NCBI GenBank assembly: GCA_035550695.1
Contig: DASZOS010000051.1
Span: 13,519 to 77,518 of the forward strand
Source: Burkholderiales bacterium
GTDB lineage: Bacteria > Pseudomonadota > Gammaproteobacteria > Burkholderiales > SG8-39
DNA length: 64,000 nt
Direction of reading: 5' to 3'
Shown here: positions 24,704 through 36,353 of the stretch, piece by piece
How positions within the stretch are numbered: position 1 is the stretch's first letter
Layout of the letters: each line of letters starts with the position of its first letter
Translations under genes and position numbers: made by a program
Notes under the pieces: model-generated
What the model was told of the DNA's origin: nothing
Databases searched by the model: none
What the model saw: the letters and a program-made list of their open reading frames with translations, nothing else

Positions 24704-25320
24704 AGCCGTGCTCTGAGGCGTGCGAGCGCAATCGCGCGCCTATCTTCGAGGTGCTCGAGCGCGTTTTCGCCGACCGCCGGTTCGTCCTGGAGATCGGCTC
24801 GGGCACCGGGCAGCACGCGGCCTATTTCGCGCCGGCGCTGCCGCACCTCGTCTGGCAACCGAGCGACCTGGCAGAGCATCTGGATGGAATCCGCCAATGG
24901 GTCGACGATTGCGCTGCACCGAACCTGCGCGCGCCGATCGAGCTCGACGCCGGGCGCGACTGGCCGCAGCTCGAGGCCGACGCGGTGTTCTCGGCCAACA
25001 CCTGCCACATCATGTCCTGGCCGCAGGTCGAGCGCATGTTCGCGGGCGTCGGCCGGCTGCTGCCCGCGCGCGGCGTGTTCGCGCTTTACGGCCCGTTCAA
25101 CTACGGCGGCCGGCACACGTCCGAGAGCAACGCGCGCTTCGACGCCATGCTGCGCGCGCGCGACCCGGCGAGCGGGCTGCGGGATTTCGAAGCGATAAAC
25201 GAGTTGGCCAGGCGTGCGGGACTCGGGCTGGAAGAGGACAATGCCATGCCCGCGAACAATCGCATGCTCGTCTTCCAGAAAAAAGGGGTCAAAAAAGGGG
25301 TCAGAGCAATTTTCCCGTAA
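24700..25320 (+). CDS. DUF938 / class I SAM-dependent methyltransferase-like protein
   Basis: 206 aa; VLEIGSGTGQH; ATGA overlap with the MFS gene; the last ~9 codons are encoded by REP sequence. Confidence 0.75.
   Translation: MKPCSEACERNRAPIFEVLERVFADRRFVLEIGSGTGQHAAYFAPALPHLVWQPSDLAEHLDGIRQWVDDCAAPNLRAPIELDAGRDWPQLEADAVFSANTCHIMSWPQVERMFAGVGRLLPARGVFALYGPFNYGGRHTSESNARFDAMLRARDPASGLRDFEAINELARRAGLGLEEDNAMPANNRMLVFQKKGVKKGVRAIFP
25293..25315 (+). repeat. REP-like terminal inverted repeat (left)
   Basis: AAAAGGGGTCAGAGCAATTTTCC; perfect reverse complement of 26060-26082; partial direct duplicate AAAAGGGGTCA at 25281-25291. Confidence 0.85.
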
Positions 25321-26005
25321 CATCTTTGGGTGGACGACCACGCCGCGGTTGCCTCACCGATCGTCCAAGTTTCGCCTCCGCATCCTCCAAGAAAGCCTCC
25401 GAACCGAGCGCCGAATCCGTATTGATGGCGTTGCGAATTTGCGCGACTACGGATTCATCCATGGAAACGGAAAACAAGGAGCGGAACGCCTCTTGCCGTT
25501 CCTGCGCGGTCGTGCCCAAGCGTGCGTGAATCGGGTGCTCGGTAATCAGGCTGTTAACGCGGCTTGCCGTGTAATGCGCATGGCTTGACCATGGATAGTC
25601 TGCAGGATCTGATACCAAGCCAGCGCGTACCGGATTGAGTTCTATGTACCGGTGACACGTGAGCAGATAGTTTTCCGAATCGACCAAGCTTGATTTGAAA
25701 CGTCCTTCCCAAAGCGTCCCGGTGCGCCCATGAACGCTATTGATGACGCGTACATAGCGACGTCCCAGGTCTTGCAGCGTCGCCGCGACAGCGCCTTGCT
25801 CCGAGGGCGTAACAAGCAGGTGTACGTGGTTGCTCATCAGGACGTATGCATGCACCGCGCAGCCTCTTCGGGCGGCGGATTCTCTCAGGCATTTGAGATA
25901 AAAGCGGCGGTCGACGTCGCCAAAGAAGCACCCAGCGCGATTGTTGCCGCGCTGGATTACATGCTGCGGAACACCAACAAGCTCTAGCCGAGGGGGCCGG
26001 GCCAT
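25301..26005 (-). CDS. REP-associated tyrosine transposase (IS200/IS605-like Y1 transposase, RAYT)
   Basis: 234 aa; HUH motif SNHVHLLV; Tyr region HRYIELNPVRAGLV; the stop codon lies inside the left REP. Confidence 0.85.
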   Translation of the reverse strand: MARPPRLELVGVPQHVIQRGNNRAGCFFGDVDRRFYLKCLRESAARRGCAVHAYVLMSNHVHLLVTPSEQGAVAATLQDLGRRYVRVINSVHGRTGTLWEGRFKSSLVDSENYLLTCHRYIELNPVRAGLVSDPADYPWSSHAHYTASRVNSLITEHPIHARLGTTAQERQEAFRSLFSVSMDESVVAQIRNAINTDSALGSEAFLEDAEAKLGRSVRQPRRGRPPKDVTGKLL

Positions 26006-26059
26006 GCCTCCTCAACGCATCACAGCGAAAAAAGTTGCGCTACTGCCCGACTTGTTTCC

Positions 26060-26082
26060 GGAAAATTGCTCTGACCCCTTTT
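26060..26082 (+). repeat. REP-like terminal inverted repeat (right)
   Basis: GGAAAATTGCTCTGACCCCTTTT; overlaps the stop codon of the neighbouring dehydrogenase gene. Confidence 0.85.
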
Positions 26083-26956
26083 AGTCCTTCATGAGCAGAT
26101 TCATCAGGCTGGAGGTGTCCCAGCGCTTGCCGCCGCGCGCCTGGATGTGGGCGTAGAACTGGTCGACGAGCGCCGCCACCGGCAGGCGCGCGCCGTTCTT
26201 CCTCGCTTCCTCGAGGCAGATGCCGAGGTCCTTGCGCATCCAGTCGACCGCGAAGCCGAAGCCGTCGAACTTCACTTCGTTCATCTGCTTCCAGCGGTTT
26301 TCCATCTGCCAGGACTGGGCGGCGCCCTTGGAAATGACACCGATGACCTTTTCAACGTCGAGGCCCGCGCGCTTGGCGAACGCGATGCCTTCGGCGAGGC
26401 CCTGCACCAGGCCCGCAATGCAGATCTGGTTCACCATCTTGGTGAGCTGGCCCGCCCCAGGGCCGCCGATGAGGTCGCACATCTTGGCGTAGACGTCGAG
26501 CACCGGCTTCGCCCTGGCGAAATCCGCCGGCTCGCCGCCGCACATGATGCCGAGCTGGGCGTTTTGCGCCCCGGCCTGGCCGCCCGAAACCGGCGCGTCG
26601 ATGAAGCCGATGCCTTTCTCCTTCGCCCTGGCGTGCACTTCTCTCGCCACGATGGCCGAGGCAGTGGTGTGATCGACGAGGATCGCGCCGCGCTTCATGC
26701 CAGCGAGGGCGCCGCTGTCGCCGTAAACGACCGAGCGCACGTCGTCGTCGTTGCCGACGCACATCATGACGAAATCGCAGTCCTTGGCCGCCGCGCGCGG
26801 GGTGGCGGCATGCTTTCCGCCGTACTCCTTCGCCCACTGCTGCGCCTTGGCGGCCGTGCGGTTATAGACGGTGACGTCATGGCCACCCTTTTTCACCAGG
26901 TGGCCCGCCATCGGGTAACCCATCACGCCCAGCCCGAGGAAAGAAACTTTCGCCAT
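26081..26956 (-). CDS. NAD(P)-dependent oxidoreductase, 3-hydroxyisobutyrate dehydrogenase family
   Basis: MAKVSFLGLGVMGYPMAGHL Rossmann start at 26956; 291 aa. Confidence 0.88.
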   Translation of the reverse strand: MAKVSFLGLGVMGYPMAGHLVKKGGHDVTVYNRTAAKAQQWAKEYGGKHAATPRAAAKDCDFVMMCVGNDDDVRSVVYGDSGALAGMKRGAILVDHTTASAIVAREVHARAKEKGIGFIDAPVSGGQAGAQNAQLGIMCGGEPADFARAKPVLDVYAKMCDLIGGPGAGQLTKMVNQICIAGLVQGLAEGIAFAKRAGLDVEKVIGVISKGAAQSWQMENRWKQMNEVKFDGFGFAVDWMRKDLGICLEEARKNGARLPVAALVDQFYAHIQARGGKRWDTSSLMNLLMKD

Positions 26957-27029
26957 GGCTTTGTCTCCGAAAGGTTTTTTCGATGGTACACCAGGCCGTT
27001 GACAGGGCGCCGTCAACCATTACAATGGC

Positions 27030-27046
27030 ATGGACGTTTATACAGT
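27030..27046. promoter_or_regulatory. candidate operator upstream of recA (LexA-like half site)
   Basis: ATGGACGTTTATACAGT; its reverse complement matches 28819-28835 at 15 of 17 positions; 77 nt before the recA ATG. Confidence 0.35.
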
Positions 27047-27122
27047 ATCCGGTGCCGGCCCAGGCGCAGGTTTCGAGCGCGCTGCCGTTAGATGCCGACA
27101 GCTCAAAACAAGAGGTACAGCG

Positions 27123-28193
<1,071 letters not shown>

Positions 28194-28643
28194 ATGGCCG
28201 AGCCTGATACGCCTGCCGAGCTCAAGGCGCGGGCGCTCAGGCATCTCGTGCGCCGGGAGCATTCCCGTGCCGAGCTCGCGCGCAAGCTCGCGCCGCATGC
28301 CGAGTCGCCCGAGTCGCTGCAGAGGCTTCTCGACGAGCTCGCCGTGAAGAAGCAGCTTTCCGACGAGCGTTACGCCGAGGAGCGCGCGCGCTGCCTTGCG
28401 CGCAAATACGGCGCGGCGCGCATCCGCCAGGATTTGGCGACGAAAGGCATCGACCCGCAGGTGATCGATGCGGTATCGAGCGGCGACGAGCTCGAACGCG
28501 CCCGCGCGATCCTCAATCGCAAATATCGGAACCCGGCCGAGAGCCGTCAAGAGCTGGCGCGGCGTGCGCGCTTTCTGCAGGGACGCGGTTTTTCCATTGC
28601 GGTCATAGGACGATTGCTGAGGAGCAGCGAGGAATTTCCGTGA
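28194..28643 (+). CDS. recX: recombination regulator RecX
   Basis: 149 aa immediately after recA; RecX-type helical repeats (RALRHLVRREHSRAEL). Confidence 0.9.
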   Translation: MAEPDTPAELKARALRHLVRREHSRAELARKLAPHAESPESLQRLLDELAVKKQLSDERYAEERARCLARKYGAARIRQDLATKGIDPQVIDAVSSGDELERARAILNRKYRNPAESRQELARRARFLQGRGFSIAVIGRLLRSSEEFP

Positions 28644-28818
28644 CTAGCTCACAAATCGTGCATCCTCGTGTGCACGGCGGCGTGCGCCTTGGCGAAGTTC
28701 CTTCCGCCAAGGTCCACAGCGTTCTCGGGATTGCCGCCAGGGGCTTCAATGAAGTTCCTTCCGCAAGGGTTGCGGAGCGCGAACCGCGGCGCGCGCTGAT
28801 TTCGCGTCATCCAATACT

Positions 28819-28835
28819 ACTGTACAAACGTTCAT
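28819..28835. promoter_or_regulatory. candidate operator upstream of the 112-aa ORF (same motif as at recA)
   Basis: ACTGTACAAACGTTCAT, 39 nt before the ATG at 28874. Confidence 0.35.
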
Positions 28836-28873
28836 ACTCTCACAGGCGCTGCCTGTAGAGAGGGGGTGAGGGT

Positions 28874-29212
28874 ATGGACGCAGCACAAGCCTTGGCGGTG
28901 GTCAGGTCGCTCGCCAACGGCGTCGATCCGGAAAGCGGCGAAGTATTCGCGCCGGAAACGCCTTACCAGCGGCCGCAGGTGGTGAGAGCCCTGTACGAAG
29001 CGGCGAGCGCTCTCGAGCGCATCGAGCGCTTCGAGCGGCGCAGGAGCCAGATGCCGCAGAAGACCGGCGAGCCGTGGAGCGAGGACGAGGATCGCAAGCT
29101 CCTTGCCGCGTTCGATGCCGGCCGCGCGCTGCAGGAGCTCGCCGCCGCGCACGAGCGCACGATGGGCGCGGTCCGCGCGCGACTGCTCAAGTACGGCCGC
29201 ATCAACGCGTAG
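28874..29212 (+). CDS. hypothetical small protein with Myb/SANT-like C-terminal helix-turn-helix
   Basis: 112-aa ORF; purine-rich GAGAGGGGGTGAGGG stretch (containing GAGG) ends 3 nt before the ATG; C-terminal WSEDEDRKLLAAF...ELAAAHERTMGAVRARL; no family recognised. Confidence 0.5.
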   Translation: MDAAQALAVVRSLANGVDPESGEVFAPETPYQRPQVVRALYEAASALERIERFERRRSQMPQKTGEPWSEDEDRKLLAAFDAGRALQELAAAHERTMGAVRARLLKYGRINA

Positions 29213-29224
29213 CCGCAGGCATTT

Positions 29225-29251
29225 CCCCGGGGCGTCCGCGGCGCCCCGGGG
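29225..29251 (+). terminator. GC-rich hairpin after the small ORF (no U tract)
   Basis: CCCCGGGGCG / CGCCCCGGGG 10-bp perfect stem with a 7-nt loop. Confidence 0.35.
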
Positions 29252-29280
29252 CCTGTTGCCTCTGAAGTAGAATCGGGCTG

Positions 29281-31892
<2,612 letters not shown>

Positions 31893-31896
<4 letters not shown>

Positions 31897-32234
31897 AGAG
31901 AATCGTCATTGCAGCGGCACTGGCGGCGCCGGGCCTTGTGGGGGCGCATCACGGCTGGAGCGAATACGACTCGTCCAAGGCATTGACTCTCACGGGCAAG
32001 GTCGTGCAGTCCGGATACGAGCATCCCCACGGGCACGTCCGGCTGGCAGCGCCCGGCAAGACCTGGCACGTCGTGCTTGCCCCGCCTTCGCGCATGGAGC
32101 GCCGCGGCCTGGAGAAGTCGGCGCTCGCGCCCGGCGCCACGGTAACGGTCGAGGGCTATCCCAATCGCAACAAGGGCGAGGAGATGCGCGCCGAGCGCAT
32201 CCGCGTGAACGGCAAGACCATCGAGCTGCGATGA
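31893..32234 (+). CDS. secreted His-rich small protein (DUF6152-like)
   Basis: 113 aa; signal peptide ...GLVGA then HHGWSEYD; HPHGH motif; ATGA overlap with the alaS stop. Confidence 0.6.
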
Positions 32235-32719
32235 CGCCGCGCGCAGGCCCGCTCGGTGCGCTCGAAGCATCCGGGCTGGGCCGCGCGATGCGCGAGTGGC
32301 TGTGGCTGTATCCGAGCGTCGAGATCGTCCATATCGTCGGCATCGCGCTTCTGTTCGGCTCGATTGCGGTGCTTGATCTGCGGCTGCTCGGCTGGTCCCG
32401 GCGCGTGTCGGCGAAACGGCTGGCCGGACACGTGCTGCCGTGGACCGCGGCGAGCTTCGTGCTCATCGTGCCGAGCGGCCTCATGATGTTCACCGCGCAC
32501 GCGGCCGACTTCATCGCCAGCGGAGTTTTTGCCGTGAAGATGGGCCTGATCCTGCTCGCCGGGGTGAACGCCGCGGTGTTCCACATGGGGGTGTTCCGCA
32601 CCGTCGGCACCTGGGACATCGATGCGCCGCCGCCCGCCACGGCGCGCGCGGCGGCCGCGCTGTCGCTCGCGGCGTGGATCGCGGTGATCGCCTGCGGGCG
32701 GCTTCTCGCTTACTTCTAG
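32231..32719 (+). CDS. small integral membrane protein (4 TM, CopD/DUF2214-like topology)
   Basis: 162 aa; ATGA overlap with the upstream gene; four hydrophobic helices. Confidence 0.6.
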   Translation: MTPRAGPLGALEASGLGRAMREWLWLYPSVEIVHIVGIALLFGSIAVLDLRLLGWSRRVSAKRLAGHVLPWTAASFVLIVPSGLMMFTAHAADFIASGVFAVKMGLILLAGVNAAVFHMGVFRTVGTWDIDAPPPATARAAAALSLAAWIAVIACGRLLAYF

Positions 32720-32721
32720 AT

Positions 32722-33687
32722 CTAGAAGCCGATTCTCTGTTTCCGCGCGCGAGCGTCCCGGATGTCGTCCGGCCCGACCTCGCGCCTTCCGGCCACCTTC
32801 GCGTTGCCGAACGCCGAGTGGATGGCACGGCGCATCTCGCGCGGCGGCAGCGAGGCGAACTTGTCGAGCGCCGCCTGCGACAGCGTCTCGGGGAATTGAC
32901 GCCCCCAGTCGTGCGAGTCGCGGATCTCGCGGTAGATGTTACCGGCGATGCGCGCCGCACCGTCGGCGTCGGGAGGGTCGATCTCGTAGACCGCAAGCCG
33001 GTTGAGCAGCGGCTCGGGTATGCGCGCCACGTCGTTGGCGGTCGCGAGCCATACCGCGCCCGAGGCATCGATCGGCAACTCGACGAACTCGTCGACAAAG
33101 CGGGTTGCCGTCTCGTTCTCGAGCAGCTCGTACAGCGCGCCGAGCGGGTCGTACTGCCCCTCGGCGCTCGCCTTGTCGATCTCGTCCACCACCATCACCG
33201 GATTGGCGTAATCGCCGTTCACGAACGTGTCGAACACCTTGCCGGGCTTGGCGTTCTTCCACTGCGAGGAGGCGCCCGACAGCACCCAGCCCGCGGTGAG
33301 GGAGCTCATCGGCACGAAGCCGAATCCGGTGCCGAGGAGCTGCGCTATCTTGCGTGCGAAATGTGTCTTGCCGATGCCCGGCTCGCCGAGCAGCAGCATC
33401 GGCGGCAGCTCGATCGAGTCGTTCGAGTCGACGCAAAGGGCGAGGTGCTTGCGGATATCCTCGAGAACCCGCGTGAAGTTCGGCAGCTGGTCGAACAGCG
33501 CATCCATCTCGGGCAGCGCCGAGGGCTTCACCGTGAAGCGCTGGCCGCCGAGGCGCAGCATCTTCTCGTAGATCGAACGCAGCGCCTCGTTCGCCGTCGG
33601 AGGAAGCTGCTGCAGCGCCTTTTCAACGTTCCCGACGTCGTAGACGTCCTTGAAGCCCGCGATCGGAATAGCGACGCTCGCCGACAT
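32722..33687 (-). CDS. stand-alone Lon-type AAA+ ATPase module
   Basis: 321 aa; Walker A GEPGIGKTH, Walker B VMVVDEIDK, then DPLGALYELLE...ATAN...PEPLLNRL, which parallels the Lon ATPase domain; no protease domain. Confidence 0.8.
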   Translation of the reverse strand: MSASVAIPIAGFKDVYDVGNVEKALQQLPPTANEALRSIYEKMLRLGGQRFTVKPSALPEMDALFDQLPNFTRVLEDIRKHLALCVDSNDSIELPPMLLLGEPGIGKTHFARKIAQLLGTGFGFVPMSSLTAGWVLSGASSQWKNAKPGKVFDTFVNGDYANPVMVVDEIDKASAEGQYDPLGALYELLENETATRFVDEFVELPIDASGAVWLATANDVARIPEPLLNRLAVYEIDPPDADGAARIAGNIYREIRDSHDWGRQFPETLSQAALDKFASLPPREMRRAIHSAFGNAKVAGRREVGPDDIRDARARKQRIGF

Positions 33688-33818
33688 TTGTCACCTACCT
33701 TCCTTTTTTGTCGCCGGTAAAGCCACCTCCAGCGAAAACGCTAGCATGACGCTTTGTGACTAGCAAACCGCAGGCCTGGCAGAGGCTGCTCCCGAGTGCT
33801 AATTTTCCCTGCGCCGAC

Positions 33819-34259
33819 ATGACTACTAGAACGACTTCCTACCACCCGGAGTTGACCGCCGAAGTGTTCAACCGCCGCAGCGAGGGGCATCTCCCGGGGC
33901 TGCTCGGCGTCGACATAGTGGAAATTTCCGCAGACGCGGTCGTAAGCCGGCTCCCGGTGCGCCGCGAGGCGATGGCACCCAACGGGTTTCTGCACGCCGC
34001 CTCGGTCATCGCTCTGGCGGACACGAGCTGCGGCTACGGCTGCGTCACCCACCTGCCGCAAGGTGCGAGCGGGTTCACCACCGTCGAGCTGAAGTCGAAC
34101 TTCCTGGGCACCGTGCGCGACGGCACGATCCTGTGCCGGGCGACCCCGGTGCACCTTGGCCGGACCACCCAAGTGTGGGACGCCGAAGTCACCGCCGAGG
34201 CGAGCGGGACAAGAATCGCCCTGTTTCGCTGTACCCAGATGGTGCTCTGGCCGCGGTAG
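33819..34259 (+). CDS. PaaI-family hotdog-fold thioesterase
   Basis: 146 aa from the ATG at 33819; NGFLHAASVIALADTSCG and VELKSNFL motifs. Confidence 0.85.
   Translation: MTTRTTSYHPELTAEVFNRRSEGHLPGLLGVDIVEISADAVVSRLPVRREAMAPNGFLHAASVIALADTSCGYGCVTHLPQGASGFTTVELKSNFLGTVRDGTILCRATPVHLGRTTQVWDAEVTAEASGTRIALFRCTQMVLWPR
34051..34259 (+). repeat. 209-bp direct repeat, copy 1 (in-use 3' end of the thioesterase gene)
   Basis: 203/209 identical to 38166-38374 with no indels (hand alignment). Confidence 0.9.
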
Positions 34260-34298
34260 CAGGGCTGCTCGGCCAGCGCGGAAAGGCGCGACGCCCCG

Positions 34299-35201
34299 TT
34301 ATGCGCTGCCCGGAACGATTCCCTTGGGCAGCGCCGTGCAGTGCTTCGCGATGTCGCCGGCGCGAGTGAACCAGACCCGGTCCTTCAGCTTGTGCTGCGC
34401 GCAATGCCGGAGCGCCTGGCGCAGCGGGCGCGCGCGGAACGGGTGGCCGGTGATAAAGCCATGCAGGGACAGCGCGAAGACGAGCGGCTGCCTTTCGGAC
34501 CTTTCCAGCATCTCCTCGAACTGATCGATGATCATGTCGGCGAACTCGCGTCCCGAGTGGTCGCGCGTCGCGAGCTTGGTGGCGTCGTTCATCTCCAGCG
34601 GATAGGGCACCGAGAGCAGCGGCCCCGAGCGGGTTCGCATCCAGATCGGCTGGTCGTCGAACGGCCAGTCGAGCAGGTGCGTGTAGCCCGCTTCCTTCAG
34701 GAGATCGGGCGTCAGGCTGGATTCGAGCGCCGCTGGCCCCATCCATCCGGTCGGCCGCTTGCCGAGGTGCTTCTCGATGGTCTCGGCCACTTCCTTGATG
34801 ATCCGGGCTTCGTCCTCTTCCCAGTACATCTGCATCTGCTCCGAATTGGTGCGCCCGTGGCCGAGGACGTCGTCACCGCGGGCCCGGATCTTTTCGATGA
34901 TGTCCGGATAGTGCAGGCAGACGTCGCTGTTCAGGAGGATGGAGGCCGGCCAGCGCAGATCGTCCAGGATCTCGAACAGGCTCCAGTTGCCTACCCGGTT
35001 GCCGTAGTCGCGCCAAGCGTAGGTGCGCGTGTTCTGCGGGCCGCCGCGGTTCGTCGGGTCCATCCCCGTCCCGGCGCCGAAGGCGAAATGCTCGATGTTC
35101 AGCGCGACATAGAAGGCGAGCCGCTTGCCTTCCGGCCAGCTGTAATCCGGCCGCTTCACGATCGGCGAATGGTCATAGCGGGCATGGCGTGGCATCTTCA
35201 T
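34299..35201 (-). CDS. polysaccharide deacetylase family protein (PuuE-like)
   Basis: 300 aa; KRLAFYVALNIEHF...GHGRTN pattern of the NodB/PuuE-like fold. Confidence 0.75.
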   Translation of the reverse strand: MKMPRHARYDHSPIVKRPDYSWPEGKRLAFYVALNIEHFAFGAGTGMDPTNRGGPQNTRTYAWRDYGNRVGNWSLFEILDDLRWPASILLNSDVCLHYPDIIEKIRARGDDVLGHGRTNSEQMQMYWEEDEARIIKEVAETIEKHLGKRPTGWMGPAALESSLTPDLLKEAGYTHLLDWPFDDQPIWMRTRSGPLLSVPYPLEMNDATKLATRDHSGREFADMIIDQFEEMLERSERQPLVFALSLHGFITGHPFRARPLRQALRHCAQHKLKDRVWFTRAGDIAKHCTALPKGIVPGSA

Positions 35202-35329
35202 GTTGGGTGCCTCCTCTTGTTGGTCGTCCGGCGTTCATTGACCGCCCTGCCAGCATGTAATACGCTGCCTTCGCTGGCCAGGTCCTGAACCGAGTTCATT
35301 ATAAGAGCCGCAAATTGAGGAGGTGAACA

Positions 35330-36349
35330 ATGGTCCGAGCTCGTAGTGGCGTGTTTTTGTCGTTCCTGCTCTTGCTGTCCGCCTCCGCCGCCCAGGCGCA
35401 GCCCAAGAACGTCCGGATCATGATGGACTGGGTCGTCCAAGGCACGCACGCCCCGTTCTTCGTCGCCGACGAAAAGGGCTATTTCAAGAGCGAGGGCCTG
35501 GCGGTGGTGATCGACGCCGGCAAGGGCGCGACCAACACGGCGGTGAGCGTGGCCAGCGGCGTTTACCAGATGGGCTACGGCGACCTGCCGACCATGATCC
35601 GCTTCAACGCGCAGAACCCGGCTTCGCCGCTCACCACTGTCTACGTGAGCTTCGATGAGTCGCCCAACTGCATCGTCTCGCTCAAGTCCAAAGGCATCCG
35701 CACGCCGGCCGACCTGGAGGGCAAGAAAATCGCGGGCGGCCCCGGGGCCGCGGTCCACGACACCATTTCGATCCTGCTCAACGCGTCGGGCCACAAGAAC
35801 GTCAAGATCAACTGGGTGCCGGTGACCCCGCAGCTCTTTCCCTCGGTGCTGCGCAAGGGGGAAGTGGACGGCCTGGGCGCCTTCACCAACTCGCAGATCC
35901 CGGCGCTCCTCGACCTCGGCTTCAAGATGGAGGAGCTTTCGGTCCTGAAGTACTCGGATTTCGGCGCCAATCTCTACGGCCTCGGGCTCATCGTCACCAA
36001 GAAATTCGCCGATGAGAACCCGGAGGCGGTGCGCGGCCTGGTCAGGGCCTTCAATCGCGGGCTGAAGGACACCATCGCCAATCCGGAACAGGCGCTCGCC
36101 ATCATGAAGGCACGCGATCCCCTCATCAAGGTGGAGACCGAGAAGGTGCGCCTGCAGATCGTCCTCGGGCACACGGTCACGCCCTACGTCCAGCAGCACG
36201 GCCTGAGCTCGGTGACTCCCGAAAGGCTGAAGCAGAACATCGATGCGACGGTGGCCGCCTACCAGCTTGGCAAATCGCCAGACCCGGCGACGGTCTACAC
36301 CGACAAGTTCCTGCCGCCGCAGGCGGAGCGGATGGTGCCGAAGAAGTAG
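35330..36349 (+). CDS. ABC transporter substrate-binding protein (NMT1/THI5, NitT/TauT type)
   Basis: 339 aa; signal peptide ...SASAAQA; NMT1-like body. Confidence 0.85.
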   Translation: MVRARSGVFLSFLLLLSASAAQAQPKNVRIMMDWVVQGTHAPFFVADEKGYFKSEGLAVVIDAGKGATNTAVSVASGVYQMGYGDLPTMIRFNAQNPASPLTTVYVSFDESPNCIVSLKSKGIRTPADLEGKKIAGGPGAAVHDTISILLNASGHKNVKINWVPVTPQLFPSVLRKGEVDGLGAFTNSQIPALLDLGFKMEELSVLKYSDFGANLYGLGLIVTKKFADENPEAVRGLVRAFNRGLKDTIANPEQALAIMKARDPLIKVETEKVRLQIVLGHTVTPYVQQHGLSSVTPERLKQNIDATVAAYQLGKSPDPATVYTDKFLPPQAERMVPKK

Positions 36350-36353
36350 CCGC

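Larger units (their letters stand above)
25293..26082 (-). mobile_element. RAYT (REP-associated tyrosine transposase) unit flanked by inverted REP copies
   Basis: Y1/HUH transposase gene bounded by perfect 23-bp inverted repeats; locally lower GC. Confidence 0.75.

Noticed and set aside
26990-27122. Canonical LexA box (CTGT-N8-ACAG) upstream of recA.
   Set aside because: I checked every ACAG in the region and none has CTGT 12 nt upstream. Only the imperfect ATGG-N8-ACAG site exists, and it is reported separately as a candidate non-canonical operator.
28694-28764. Similarity of the GAAGTTCCT repeat to the FLP recombinase FRT arm.
   Set aside because: Only 9 nt match, there is no inverted arm or spacer architecture, and no recombinase gene is nearby. 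I treat it as coincidence.
28640-28858. 72-aa ORF in the recX / small-ORF spacer.
   Set aside because: It has no ribosome-binding site and atypical composition, and it is built across the direct repeats and hairpins. It is better explained as non-coding regulatory sequence.
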